Positions 9,711 through 21,906 of a stretch of 64,000 nt of DNA are shown here, piece by piece. Source of the stretch: Kiritimatiellia bacterium. Its GTDB lineage: Bacteria; Verrucomicrobiota; Kiritimatiellia; RFP12; UBA1067. The notes under the pieces are model-generated. The model was not told where the DNA came from and searched no databases. It saw nothing but the letters and a program-made list of their open reading frames with translations. Both the position numbers and the translations under genes were made by a program. How positions within the stretch are numbered: the stretch's first letter is position 1; each line of letters opens with the position of its first letter. The stretch spans positions 1,472,001 to 1,536,000 of the forward strand of contig JBMNFY010000017.1 in NCBI GenBank assembly GCA_050949565.1, given 5' to 3'.

Positions 9711-11648
9711 CTATTTGGCGAAGCCTCGCACGCCCCTGACCTTGAGCTTGATTGAATAGACGCCTCTCTTGCCGCAAACATACAGGATGTTCTTGTCCGG
9801 CCCGCCGATGCAGCAGTTCCCGCACCAGAACTCCGGAATCCTGATGACGCCGAGCTTCTCGCCGTTCCGGTCCCACACGTTGATGTCTTCCGCCGTCATG
9901 TACAGTCGTCCGTCCGCATCGATCGTCATGCCGTCGGTTCCGAACCCTATGTCGCAGAAAAGACGCTTGTCCGAGAGACGTCCGTTCTCGTCGATGGAAT
10001 ACGCCCAGCATTTCCTGCCGCGGTGGTCGGCCACGTAGAGCGTCTTGCCGTCCGGCGTTCCCGTGATGCCGTTCGGTTCCACGAGGTCGTCGGTCACGCG
10101 GATCACTTCACCGTTTGCGGTCACATAATAGACCTGCTTCGTGTCCATCGGCGGTTGCGCGTATTTCGACCATTCTTTCCACCGGTAGAAGGGATCGGTA
10201 AAATACCATCCCGATCCGTCAGGACGCTCCCACACGTCGTTCGGCCCGTTGAAGTCCCGGCCGCCGAAGCCCTTGGCCAGCACCTTCCGGTCCGTGCCGT
10301 CGCGGTTCAGCAGTCGCAGTTCATTCTCGCCCATCGAGCAGGCCAGCAGCGTTCCGTCTTTCCGGAACAGCATGCCGTTGACATGTCCTGCTGGTCTTTT
10401 GAAGAGCCTGACGCCGTCCGCCTCGTTCCAGCGCAGGATCTCGTCCGACATGAAATCGCTGAAGAACAGGTCTCCGCTCACCGGGTCGACCGTCGCGCCC
10501 TCGGCGGTCTTGAAAACGTCACCGAGCGTGCGCACGTACTCCCCTTCCTCGACAATCTCCCGCATCCGCTCGCCTTCGACGACGTATTGCCACACGTCGC
10601 CGCCCTTCACGCCGCGCCACGTCGCTGGCACGTCGCTCACCGCCAGCGCGCGAAACAGGTCCGGACGCTCCCGATAGGCCCTCACGGCGGCTTCACAGAC
10701 GTTTCCACTGGCTTCGAGATAGATTTTCTCTTTGCCGCCCGGCTGCGCCATGATCTGCTGCGCCCGTTCAAGGATCAGGGATTTCTGGTTCTCGATGTCG
10801 TTGCACGCTTTTCCGCGGCAGCCGGGATCCTTCGCGAAGATCCGTCGCCCGCCGCCCCATCGGACGGGTTCGACGAACTCCACGCCGTGAATCACCTCAC
10901 GTATGCCGTTCCCGCCAAAAGGCGCGGTCGGCTCGTGCCCAAGCAGGATGCGATACTTCGGATCTGCATAGCGTTCAAAAAAAGCCGCGCTTTCGGCCGC
11001 GTTTCCCGTTGATGCGGTCGGTATCTTCCGCACGAGGTTGTCCGGCGAATAGCAGGCATCGCCGGCAATCACGTAAACCTGTCCGCACGCGAGCGGAATC
11101 TCGACGACCGAATGCCCCGAAGTGTGACCGCCGACCCGGCGCAGGATCATGCGTCCGCCGAAAAGTTCAAGCTGCTCGTCGAATGTCGTGACCGCGCGTC
11201 CATACAGCAGTTTCTTCGCACGTTCCGCCTCCTTCGCTTGAATGTAAACGCGCGCGTCGGGAAATGACGCAAGAGCCCCGATGTGGTCGTCATGGTGATG
11301 CGTGATAAGGCAGTCGGTAATGGTTTCGGGCGCGATGCCGTTTTTCCTGAGCAATTCGTCGGGGCGGATGAAATGCTCGGCCGTTCGCCCGAGGAAGAAA
11401 AACTTATCGCACCCGACGTCGACGAGAATGCGGCGTTCGCCGAAATCAATGAAGTGGAACAGGAGCGATATCGTCTGCAGCTTCTCCTTTGATCCGCCCG
11501 GAAAGATCATGTTCTCCGGCAGGTCGAACTCGCCATACTTGCAGGTCCAGAGGCGCGGTTTCGGCGCATCGTTCTCACCGTGCGACATGCCAAGGAGCGG
11601 ATAAAGGCCGCTCAGCGAAACAAACAAAAACACAAGCACTGTTCTCAT
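9711..11648 (-). CDS. Secreted fusion: AHL-lactonase-like metallo-beta-lactamase domain plus SMP-30/gluconolactonase beta-propeller
   Basis: Signal peptide; MBL motifs LVDVG, THHHDDHIG, GGHTSGH, IAGDA, GHE; C-terminal AEGA...LFFSD, NGM, FNGPND, YFTDP, PNGI..PDGKTLYVAD, DGMTIDADGRLY, NCCIGG. Confidence 0.85.
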   Translation of the reverse strand: MRTVLVFLFVSLSGLYPLLGMSHGENDAPKPRLWTCKYGEFDLPENMIFPGGSKEKLQTISLLFHFIDFGERRILVDVGCDKFFFLGRTAEHFIRPDELLRKNGIAPETITDCLITHHHDDHIGALASFPDARVYIQAKEAERAKKLLYGRAVTTFDEQLELFGGRMILRRVGGHTSGHSVVEIPLACGQVYVIAGDACYSPDNLVRKIPTASTGNAAESAAFFERYADPKYRILLGHEPTAPFGGNGIREVIHGVEFVEPVRWGGGRRIFAKDPGCRGKACNDIENQKSLILERAQQIMAQPGGKEKIYLEASGNVCEAAVRAYRERPDLFRALAVSDVPATWRGVKGGDVWQYVVEGERMREIVEEGEYVRTLGDVFKTAEGATVDPVSGDLFFSDFMSDEILRWNEADGVRLFKRPAGHVNGMLFRKDGTLLACSMGENELRLLNRDGTDRKVLAKGFGGRDFNGPNDVWERPDGSGWYFTDPFYRWKEWSKYAQPPMDTKQVYYVTANGEVIRVTDDLVEPNGITGTPDGKTLYVADHRGRKCWAYSIDENGRLSDKRLFCDIGFGTDGMTIDADGRLYMTAEDINVWDRNGEKLGVIRIPEFWCGNCCIGGPDKNILYVCGKRGVYSIKLKVRGVRGFAK

Positions 11649-11723
11649 GGGGCTCCCTAGGTTAAGTCATGTTGGGCCTTCGCCGCGTCTTTTGTCCATT
11701 CTACAGATCTCTTTTCGAAGCGA

Positions 11724-12920
11724 TCACCGGATTTCGGAAAGATCGACCGTCGGCAGGTTGCAGGCGTCGAGCGAGACCTTGTGAACGAGCAGGTCATGTT
11801 CGTAGAGCCCGGGCGGATTGGGAATTTCGCCGCGGATGATGCGCGCCAACTCCTGAAGCTGTCCCGCATAGCGATCCGTCGGCACCGGGAACGAAATGCG
11901 GTTGATGCCGGTGTGGTACCCCGCCGCCTTCGCCGCGCCGTTCACGACCTTCAAATACATTTTCACTTCGAGCTTGTCAACGCGGGCAAGACCTTCATTC
12001 AGCCCCGTCGTGTGCTTGACTGTCCTGAAGTCCTCGATCGGTTCGAGCGCCATCGACCCGTTGGTCCCGTCGATCCGAATGTGGCGGCACGGCTGCGTGC
12101 CGCGCGAGCAAACGCGGATCACGACGTTTGCACGCGGATATTCGAGAATTGTCAACGAATGCGTGAGCGCATCCTCCGGATCTCCCGGCGCCGCCTTGAG
12201 AATCGAATACGTCTTCGCCGGCAACGCATCGTTGAAGATCGGCATCGCCCACTCGATCACGTGGCACGCGAGAAGGTAGGCCGTGCCCCCAGGGTAAAAC
12301 GATGCGTATTCGGGATATTTCGGATAGCCGTAACTGTGATCGAGATCGGCTTCGACTGAGTAGATCTCCCCGAGCGCTCCCGACTTCGCGATTTCCACCA
12401 TCTTGTTGATGGCCGCGTTGGAGCGGAACATGTAGCCGATTTGGAGCGGCACACCCAGACGTTCACAGATGCGACTCATCTTCGCGAACCCGGCCTGATC
12501 CGTGCCGAGGGGCTTGTCCATGTGCATCGGGATTCCATGGTGCGCGATTTCGGTCGCGACACCGACCAGTTCCGAGTTGGAACACTCAATGACGATGAGG
12601 TCCGGCTTCACCTCGTCGAAAACCTGCTGCGGCGTGAAACACGGATAGTTGGTGTAGCCTTTCAACGACGGCTCAGTCATCCGCATCGCCGTCGAGGCGC
12701 GGTCATCCACCCAGCCGACCATCTCGAAGTCATTCGTGAGCTTCAGCACCGCATCCCACTTGCCGCGCGAATGGTTGTGAATAATTCCCCAATGGACGAC
12801 CCGCGCCTTGCGGTTTCCGATTGGTTTCCATTGCTCCCCCACCGCCCTCTCGCAGACCACGCAGCCGACCAACAACATCGCCGCCACGCCGAAAATTCCC
12901 TTCAGCCTGTTCGTGCTCAT
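11724..12920 (-). CDS. Gfo/Idh/MocA family oxidoreductase with N-terminal signal peptide
   Basis: HNHSRGK, MDKPLG, QIGYMFR, GALGEI, GG..LACH..E; hydrophobic N-terminus. Confidence 0.85.
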   Translation of the reverse strand: MSTNRLKGIFGVAAMLLVGCVVCERAVGEQWKPIGNRKARVVHWGIIHNHSRGKWDAVLKLTNDFEMVGWVDDRASTAMRMTEPSLKGYTNYPCFTPQQVFDEVKPDLIVIECSNSELVGVATEIAHHGIPMHMDKPLGTDQAGFAKMSRICERLGVPLQIGYMFRSNAAINKMVEIAKSGALGEIYSVEADLDHSYGYPKYPEYASFYPGGTAYLLACHVIEWAMPIFNDALPAKTYSILKAAPGDPEDALTHSLTILEYPRANVVIRVCSRGTQPCRHIRIDGTNGSMALEPIEDFRTVKHTTGLNEGLARVDKLEVKMYLKVVNGAAKAAGYHTGINRISFPVPTDRYAGQLQELARIIRGEIPNPPGLYEHDLLVHKVSLDACNLPTVDLSEIR

Positions 12921-12921
12921 T

Positions 12922-14403
12922 TCATCCCCTCGCAAACGGATCCCAGCCCTTGCGATAGGCCTTCGTGACATTCTTGTCGGCTTCCGCATTGTTCGTCACA
13001 TGATGGCCGTCCCACTCCAGCACCGAGCCCTTTCCGGCCACTGACGAGATGTTGCCGAGGCAGACCGTCTTCGCGAGCGGAACCGAATACTCAAAGTTGT
13101 CGTTCGCTTCGCGCTGTTCGCGGATCGCCTTGTAGAATTCGTAGAAGTGCATCGGCGTCACGCGGCGGTAGTTGAAGTCGTGCGGACGGTCCACGCGCGG
13201 GATGCACCAGCCCGCCGAACGCGGCATGAAGCGATAGCCGCCGTGATGCGTGAACCAGAGATTCGCCTTCGTGCCGACGAAAAGGACCCCGTTCTTGTAA
13301 AACGGATCGTTCTCAAAGCCGTTTGCCTTCTCGACCTCGAGAACCTTCGGCGGGATATTGAGATGCTCGCGCTTATGGGGCATACCGAACTTGTTGACGA
13401 ATTCCTTCGTGTAGGGCACGCCTTCGTTGAGTCCGTCCCACCAGTGCATCGTCACCTCGTGGCCGAACTTCGAGGTCGGATAGTGGAACTCGAACGCATC
13501 GCGGAAGCCCCAGGCGCCTTCAAGCGCGAACTGCGCATCGTGACACGTCACGCGATCGGGATCCTTGAGGCCGAGCGCCCAGAACGCGACATCCATGATG
13601 TGCATGCCGAGGTTGCCGATCGACCCGTTGCCATAGCCGATCCAACTGTGCCAGCCGTGCGGATGCATGCCGTCCTGGTCAGGAGTTTCTGGGTAGTAGT
13701 CGCAGATGGGCGAGCCGCCGCACCAGAGATCCCAGTCCATCCCCTTCGGCGGCGGAGCGGCCGCGGGACGCTGGTAGATGGAATTACAACGGTCGTCGTA
13801 AGCCCAGACCTCCTTCACCTCTCCGAGATTCCCCTCGGCGATGCGGTCGACACAGTACTTCATTGACGGGAAGGAGTGTCCGTACGTGCCGCACTGCGTC
13901 ACGATACCCGGACGCTTACGCGCCTCGGCGAGGATGAGGTCGCATTCGGCCACTGTAAGACAGAGAGGCTTGTCGAGATAAACGTGGATGCCGCGGCGCA
14001 GCGCCATCACCGCCGGCAGCGTGTGCTGATGGTTCGGGGTTTCAACGACGATGGCATCGATCTCGTCACCCATCTGATCAAACATGTCCTGATAGGTGGA
14101 GAAGCGCCGCGCGGACGCGAAGTTCGCCTTGTCTGCGGCACTGCACGTCTTGGCGACGAGCTTTTCAAGAATGTCGAAACGGACCGGATCGGGATCGACG
14201 ATCGCAACGAGATTTTCGCAGAGAACCCCGTCGATCATACATCCCGTCTGCAATCCGCATCCGATCAGCGCGACGCGGATTTTCGCGCCCTTGGCGATCT
14301 GGCGGTTACGCGAGAGGCCGAAGCCTGCGCAACCGATATTAAAGAGCGGCAAGGCCGAAGCCGCCGCGACGCCCTTCAGAAGATTCCGTCGATTGGTGTT
14401 CAT
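12922..14403 (-). CDS. Tat-exported Gfo/Idh/MocA family oxidoreductase
   Basis: NRRNLLK twin-arginine motif, VALIGCG, TPNHQH, HVYLDKPL, MDWDLWCG, GNGSIGNLGMHIMD, YRKGW. ATG 14403 has AAGGAG upstream. Confidence 0.9.
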   Translation of the reverse strand: MNTNRRNLLKGVAAASALPLFNIGCAGFGLSRNRQIAKGAKIRVALIGCGLQTGCMIDGVLCENLVAIVDPDPVRFDILEKLVAKTCSAADKANFASARRFSTYQDMFDQMGDEIDAIVVETPNHQHTLPAVMALRRGIHVYLDKPLCLTVAECDLILAEARKRPGIVTQCGTYGHSFPSMKYCVDRIAEGNLGEVKEVWAYDDRCNSIYQRPAAAPPPKGMDWDLWCGGSPICDYYPETPDQDGMHPHGWHSWIGYGNGSIGNLGMHIMDVAFWALGLKDPDRVTCHDAQFALEGAWGFRDAFEFHYPTSKFGHEVTMHWWDGLNEGVPYTKEFVNKFGMPHKREHLNIPPKVLEVEKANGFENDPFYKNGVLFVGTKANLWFTHHGGYRFMPRSAGWCIPRVDRPHDFNYRRVTPMHFYEFYKAIREQREANDNFEYSVPLAKTVCLGNISSVAGKGSVLEWDGHHVTNNAEADKNVTKAYRKGWDPFARG

Positions 14404-14476
14404 GTTCCCGCTCCTTTTGATGCTCATGTTACCATCTTCTTTCCGGGATTTCATCCTCAACCTCATGCCGAACAGC

Positions 14477-14609
14477 AATCGGTTAGTGACGGGGGCACGC
14501 GAGGATCATGCGTTTCTGGTGAAAAGGGGAGCCGAGAGTCGGTTTTTGGACATGATAGACATGAGCACCAACCACGCACTCGACTCGCACCCCCTGTCAC
14601 TAACCGATT
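14477..14609. mobile_element. 133-bp MITE-like element with 19-bp terminal inverted repeats
   Basis: AATCGGTTAGTGACGGGGG ... CCCCTGTCACTAACCGATT (18/19 inverted match); no coding capacity; related sequence at 7670. Confidence 0.75.
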
Positions 14610-14724
14610 ATTTTTTACGCGCTGTTTTCGCTTGATCGTGAAAGCGTATAGGCGTTAAGCTACGGGCGATCTATCCCCTGTATCTTTAGGTGAAGAACGA
14701 TTCGCACGACGAAAGGAGATTGAC

Positions 14725-17700
14725 ATGATCCGTCATTGTGTCCGTAGTTCACGCTTGGCCGCGTTTGTGACCTCTGGTAGCCGTGAGCGCTGTCTCGGCA
14801 GTGGATTCTGTTTGGATTGGAGGTGCCACAGGCTCGTGGACAGACGCCGCCAACTGGTCGGACGGCGTGCCGCAAGCCGCGTCCGACACGGCAACCTTCA
14901 ACACCCCGGCGGTTGTCACGATCCCGGCAAGCATCACGCTGAAAACGATCTTCGCCAATGCCCCGGCCACCGTCACGGTCGCGGCGGGTGCAACGCTCGC
15001 CCTCTCGAACGGCGGCGGCGATATTCTGGTCGCCAGTGCGGACTTCATCCTCGGCGGCGACGGCGACATTACGGTCTCGCGCAACGGCACGTCCACCACC
15101 GATTTTGCGAATATCAAGCCAGCGGCAGGCACCACCCTCACAATCGCCGCCCGCATCACCGGCGTGGAGGGTTCGGGCGTCGAGTTGAACGCGGCGGGTA
15201 CCCTGCTGCTGACGAATCCCGGCAACTCCTTCACAGGGACAACCCGCATCTCGAGGGGCAACGGCACCGTCGTGTTCACCGATCCCGCCGCGCTGGGCGT
15301 GACGGCCGTGCGCTCCGACGGCAGCCCGTCCAAATTCGTCTACACCGGCACCTCGCAAGCCACGCTAACGCTCCCCGTCCAACTCAGCGCCGGCAGCACG
15401 TCGTTCGAAAACGCAGGCGGCGGTCCCTTGACCTTCAGCGGTGCCATCGCCCCCATTTCCTCCGGCACCAAAACGCTGACCTTCAGCGGTACGCAGACCA
15501 ACATCCTCAGCGGCACGCTCTCCAACGGCACCGGTGCCCTGAATGTCGTCGTAGCAGGCGGCGGCACGCTCGTTTTCTCCGGTACGGCCACTGACAACGC
15601 CTTTACCGTCAACGAAGGCGGCACGCTGGCAGTCGGTCCCGGCGCGACCTTCAACACCACCTTGCTCACTTGTCAGGCAGGCAGTACCCTAGCGTTCAAC
15701 CCGGCGGCGGCAGACAATTTTGCCGTCACCCTGCCGCTGACCAACGCGCTCAACGGTGCCGGTGTCCGCTGGTTGATCCCGAACGCCCCCTCTGCTTCGA
15801 CCGTCGCCGTACCGACGCTCGAACGTGTCACAGGTGCCACTCTGGACGTCGTGGCTCCGGCGCTGGGCACCCCTTCCAACCGACTCGTGATCCAGAACCT
15901 GACCCCCGGCCCGCTGCCCGCCTGGTTCACCGTCAACGGCCAGCCCGCCGTTTATGATGCCGCGCTGGGCGTGTTGGCCGCGAGCGCCACCGGCCCGACC
16001 GTTTCCCTGACAGCGCTCGGCCCTTCGGTGATCCCGGACGACGCGACCGCCGCCGCCGTCATCGACGCCGCCGGCACAGCGGGCGGCATCACGCTTGCCG
16101 CTGATCCCACGCACCTCTTCTCGCTCACGCAACAACATGCGGACAATCCTGCGGCCGTCGACCTCGGCGGGCAGACCCTCGCCGCTTCACTTGTTGCCAT
16201 CGACGCGAACGGCAACAACCTGACACTCGCCAACGGTACGCTGACCACGCCCTCCGCCCAGACCCCGCCCAGCGGCGCCGCCGTGCTGCCCACGCTTCCG
16301 GCCGCCCCGCTGGCCTGGTACGACCTCGCCGACGCCGCGACCGTCACCACCGATGCCGACGGTCGTATCACACGGGTGGCCAACAAAGGCTCGCGCGGTA
16401 GCGAGTTGGACGCCGCCGTGCCCGGCGACCGTATCGGACCGCGCTATGTCCCGGGGGCGGTCAACGGACTCGGCGTCGCGCGGGCCGACGGCATCGCGCC
16501 GCCGCAGGGCCTCGCCTCGCTTGGCACCCCCGGCATCTCCGGTAAGGCCCCGCGCACCACCTTTTTGGTCGCAGCGCGCCATCCCACCTCGCGAAACAAC
16601 TTCTACGCCCTCTATCTTGGTTCCGATGCCGGCAACAACCAAGACTTCACCACCTGCGAGCGCTATTACGTCACGTCCTTCTCCACCAAGGACAATGACC
16701 TCGACATCACCACGCCCTCGCCCGCCGGGCATAATGTACTGACCTTTATCTCGGGCCTCAACGACATACCGGACGCCGGCGCGGGCTATCGCAACGGCGT
16801 GCTGCTCGGCACCAAGACCTTCGCCTTTGCCACGGTCGACGCCCCCATCCACCTGCTGCACCGCCCGAACACCGCCGCCAATTTCTCGGGGCCCGGCGAT
16901 GTGGCCGAAGTGCTTGTCTTCGACTACACGCTCTCGGACACCGACCGCGCGGCCGTCGAAGCCTACCTTATGCAGAAATGGCGGATCACTGCGCAACGCG
17001 ATGAGACGTTGCTGGCATTGCGTAACGACAACCCAGACGCTGAACTGACCGTCACGGCCAACGTGGCCGACGCCTACGGCACGCACCTCGCGCTCGCCAA
17101 GTCCGGCCCCGGCAACGTGACGCTTGGTGGTCCGCTCGACTTCACCGGGCCACTCCTGATTCAGGACGGATTTCTCACGTTTGACATACCCGCCGATCGC
17201 TCCGCTGTCGTGAACGCGGCCATCAGCGGTCTCGGAACGCTGTGCAAGACCGGGGCCGGTGGCCTGGCCCTCTCCCTGCCCAGTCCCTTCTCGGGCGGTA
17301 CCCTTATCCAGGGCGGCACCCTCTACCCCGGACACAACGGCTCGCTTGGTAGCGGTCCCGTCTCCATCGCGAACGGCGGCGCGCTGGATATCGCCAACGC
17401 GCCGGCCACCGCCAACCCCGTCACAGGTACCGCGTCCATCGCCAATCCGATCACAGCGGAAGGCACCGGCCCGGACGGCTTGGGCGCCCTGCGCCACAGC
17501 GGCGGCGTCAGCCAGCAGAACGCCTTCAGGAACGTGGCGCTCTCAGGTGACACGGCCGTCTATTCGGCCTCGCGCTTCGATGTGCGCGGCGGCGCCTTCG
17601 ATTTCGGCGGCCACGCGCTGACCGTCAACGGCGGCGGCGAATTCTCCATCGTGCAGTCGGCGGTCTCCAATGTGACCGCCGCTACTTCCGTGCAGATCGC

Positions 17701-20700
17701 CGACGGCATGTTCCGCTTTGAGCAGAGCGACTTCCAAGGCTCGGCGGCCACGGTCGCCGACGCCGCCGCCGGCGCGGGCGTCTGCCTGTATCAGATGACA
17801 GCGCCCCTGCTGTGGTCGCTGAATCTTGCGGACAACGCCTATTTCCGCGTCAACAACGGCAACATGGACACCAATCTGAATGTCTGGGCCGGGCCGGTGA
17901 CGCTCGCCGCAGGCACGTCGCGCCTCAATGCCCTGCCCGGCGGAACCGCCGCCATCACCGGCGCCGTCGGCGGAGACGGCGGCCTGCTCAAGGAGGGCGA
18001 AGGCTGGTTCTGGCTCTTCAACCCGGCCAACACGTACGCCGGCGCCACCACCGTGACACAGGGCAACCTCTACGCCGTCGCGCCCGGTACACTGGGTGCG
18101 CAGGCCGTCGCGGGCCTCACCGTTTCCGACACCGGCGCCTTCATCGCCCGTGTCGCCTCCGGCACCTCCGCCGACGGCTTCAGCCACGCGCAGCTCACGG
18201 CCCTGGCCGATACAACGTTCTCCACGGCACCCGCCTCCACCGCCCTCGGCTTCGACACCTGTTACGAGGATTTCGCCTTCACGAGCGACTTCCCGTTCAT
18301 CGGACTGAAAAAACTCGGGACGCACACGCTCAGCCTCACGGGCAGCGCTCCCGATCTGGGTCCGGTCGATGTGTACAACGGGGAACTCGACCTGACCGCC
18401 ACCGGCAACCACGCGCTGCACACCTATTCGGTCGCCGTCGGCGCAGCACCCGACGCCTCCGCACGCGCCGTCCTGCGACTGGCCGGCACCGCGCTCAACA
18501 CGGATGATCCCGGCTACAGCCGGACCGGTCCGGCGCTGCTCGTCGGCGCGGCATCCGACTCCCGCGCCATTCTGCATGTCGGCGAGGGCGCCGTCGCCAA
18601 CGGACGGCTGCTCGTCGGCAACGGCACCGGCTCCGCCGGCGCCGTCTATCAGACCGCAGGGGTCGTGACCAACACGGGCGGCACCGCCAACGACAGTCGC
18701 ATCGGCGAAAACGGTTTCGGTTATTACCGCCTCGACGGCGGCGAACTGGCCAACAAGGGCTATGTCCAGCTCGGCCGCAACAGCGGGGCCACGGGTATCA
18801 TCGAACAGCGTGGCGGCACGCTGCGTATCAACACCGGTGTCGCCCCCGCCAGCGGCGTCATCGGCGACTACTACAACGGCACCCTCTCCTGCCGCGCCGG
18901 CGTGGGCATCTTCCATCTGGCGGGCGGCGTGTTCGACACAGGCGGCCACTCCCTCCAGCTCGGCGAGTGGGCAGGTGAGAACAACTACTCCAACGGGTTC
19001 GCCGTGCTCACGCTCGAAAACGACGCCCAAGCCGTCGTCAACAGTGAGATCCGCCTCGCCAATCGCAACGGGGCGCCGGAAGCGTACGTCAACCTCAACG
19101 GCGGCGCGCTGACCGCCCGCTACTTCCAAAAGGGCGGCAACAACGCTGCCGGCAATGCGTCGGCCGCCGCGATCGCCTTCAACGGCGGCGTGCTGCGCGT
19201 GGCCGATCAGGGCAATACCGCGTCGTCCTTGGTCCGTACCGGCAGCAACAACAGCCCGGCCATGCTCAACGTCTACGCGGGCGGCGCCGTGATCGAAACG
19301 CCCGGCGCCGGCGGCGGCACCACAGCTCGACCAGCCGCTGCAGCGCGCCGTCCGGCCTCGGCGTCGCATCCGTCACCGTCACCGCGCCCGGTAGCAGGCT
19401 ACATCGCGCCGCCGGCCGTGCTCTTCTCGGGCGGCAACGGCTCCGGCGCCACGGCCATCGCAGAGATCGACACCGCGACCGGTACGCTGACTGCCATCCG
19501 CGTGACCTCGCCCGGCACGGGATATACATCCGCGCCGACCGTCGTCCTGCGTGGCGGAGGCGGCACCGCAGCCGCGGCCTCGGCTGCCGTTGCCACGTCC
19601 GCCAGCGGCGGCCTCACCAAGCTCGGCACCGGCCTGCTCAACCTGGCCGCCGCCAACACCTACACCGGCCCCACCATCGTCTCCAACGGCACCCTGCGCC
19701 TCGCGGCCGGCAACCAAACCCTCTCGCCGGCCAGCGCGCTCACCCTCGCCGGCGGCACGCTGGATCTGGCGGCGCCACGGTCACCAACTTCCAGCCCGTG
19801 GCCATCGAGAGCGGACGCCTCGTCAACGGCAGCCTCTCGGCCCAGTCCTTCACCAAGACCGGCCCAGGCACGGCCACCCTCACGGCCGCGCCGGTGGTTC
19901 CATCGCCCGAAGCCCTTTTCCAAAGTTACGTACGGACCCTCGCTCCCGTGGCGCTGGTACGACCCCTCGGACTCGTCCGCCGTCACCCTCAACGGGGCAG
20001 GGCGCGTCGTTGCGCTCGCCAACAAGGGCACGCGCGGCGCCGCCCTCGACGCCGCCCCCACGGCCGCGCCCAACCTCTCCAACCCGCCTCTCCTCGCCAC
20101 CGGCACGCTCTCCTACGCCGCCTCTGGCCTGCCCATGCTCAAGATCGACGCCAACAATACCGGGCTCGTCTCGACAGAAGCCCTCGGCATCACCGGCGCC
20201 GTCCCCCGTACGGTTGTCACCGTCCTCACCCGCGAGTCCGACACCACCGCCGCCTACACCTGCTTCGGTGCCGCCTCCGCCGGCCAGATGTGGGAAGTCG
20301 GCGACCGCGCCGACAACTCTTCCGTCGTCATTGGCGGCTACTCCGACTTCGACCTGAGCATGTCGCCCCGGCCCACGGCCAAGGTCGCCCACGTCGTCTA
20401 TTCCCAGCTCACGACCGCCAAAAAATCGGAGGCCTGGCGCACCGGCGACGGCCAGAATTACAATTCCCTGACCACCGCCGGGGACTTCAACACCGCCGAC
20501 TCGCGCTTCGTCATCGGCAACCGCATCGACGCCGGCAAGACCACGGCGCGCGGCGAGATCGGCGAAATCCTCATCTTCGACCGCCTTCTCTCTGCTGGCG
20601 AACGCGAGCAGCTCATGGAGATGCTCCGGCAGAAATGGACAACCGCCGAAGGCTTGGCCGAGCCGGAAGACGCCGCCGAGCCCGTCACCGTCGCCGAAGG

Positions 20701-21898
20701 CACACTGCGGCTCGCGCCCGGCGCGGAGGCGATCGCGGCCCTCGCGCCGACCGTCTGGTATGACCCGTCCGATCCCGCCACCGTCACCACCGACGCCGCC
20801 GGACGTGTCACCGCCCTCGCCAACAAAGGCACGCGCGGAACATCCATGGATGCCGGTATCCAGCCCAACTACCAAGGTCCGCTGCTGGTGACCGACGCCG
20901 ACTCCTACTCCGCAGCCGGACGACCGATGCTCAAGATCGACAGCAACACCACCGGCCTCCGTTCCGCCTCCAACACCGGCATCAGCGGCGCGATGCCGCG
21001 CATCTTGATCGCCGTGCTCTCGCGCGATGTCGGAACCGGATCGGACGACCAGCAGGCGGTCGTCGCCTTCGGCAATCAGAGCGCACCCCGCGCGATGTAC
21101 GAGTTGACCGATCGGGCGTTCGGCAACTGTTTCGGTAACAACAGCGACGATCTTTCCATCTCGCCGGTGCTCCCTCCGGCCGCCGCCAACGTCTACATGA
21201 TGGAAGCCACGGCGGCCGACATCATCACCGGCTGGCGCTCGGGAGGCGTTCCCTCCAAGGTCAGCAAAGTGCTGGGCGGCGACTGGGTTACGGTCGACAC
21301 GCCGATCTGCCTCGGCTACCGGCCTCACACTCACCGCACCACGTTCCGCGGCCAGATCGGCGAGGTGCTGCTCTTCGACCGGCTGCTCAGCGAACGGGAG
21401 CGTGCCGACGTCGAGGACTACCTCGTCAACAAATGGACGCGGGCGGATGGCGCGGACGGCCTCTTTGACGGTGCGGTGTTCGATGTCGCCGCCGGTGCCA
21501 CGCTTGACTTGGGTGGTGCGCGTTCCGGTGTCACCGTCACTGGCAGTGGCACGCTGGCGAACGGCACGCTCGGCGCGGGCTTCATCATCAGTCCCGCCGG
21601 TGATGACGCGATCGGCGAGCTTGCGCTGAACGGCGTCACCTTCGGTGCGGGTGCAGAATACCGCCTGACCGTCCTCGACACGGCCAGTGATCGCCTGTTG
21701 GTTGACGGCGACCTCAGCGCCCTGACGGTCGTGCCCGCCACCGCTGCGGAACTCACCGGCACCAGTTACGTCATTGCGACCGGTGCCATCACCGGCAAGC
21801 CCGCGCTCAGCGGCTTCCCGGAGAAGTTCAAGGTGATCCAGCAGGGTAATGACCTGCTGCTCACCAGTATTGGGGGCACGGTTCTGATGCTGCGCTGA
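14725..21898 (+). CDS. Giant (~2390 aa) secreted protein with autotransporter-associated beta-strand (PATR) repeats and three LamG-like domains; contains apparent indels
   Basis: AAGGAG then ATG at 14725; the signal peptide joins the 14783 frame through a 1-nt shift near 14772. Repeats such as GGLTKLGTGLLNLAAANTYTGPTIVSNGTL; three WYD..D...G(E/D)(I/V)(G/A)E.L.FD..LS..(E/D)R...KW domains; ends GGTVLMLR with no beta-barrel. Confidence 0.85.
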
Positions 21899-21906
21899 CC
21901 ATTGAG

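Noticed and set aside
14783-21898. Classical type Va autotransporter
   Set aside because: No C-terminal beta-barrel or terminal aromatic residue.
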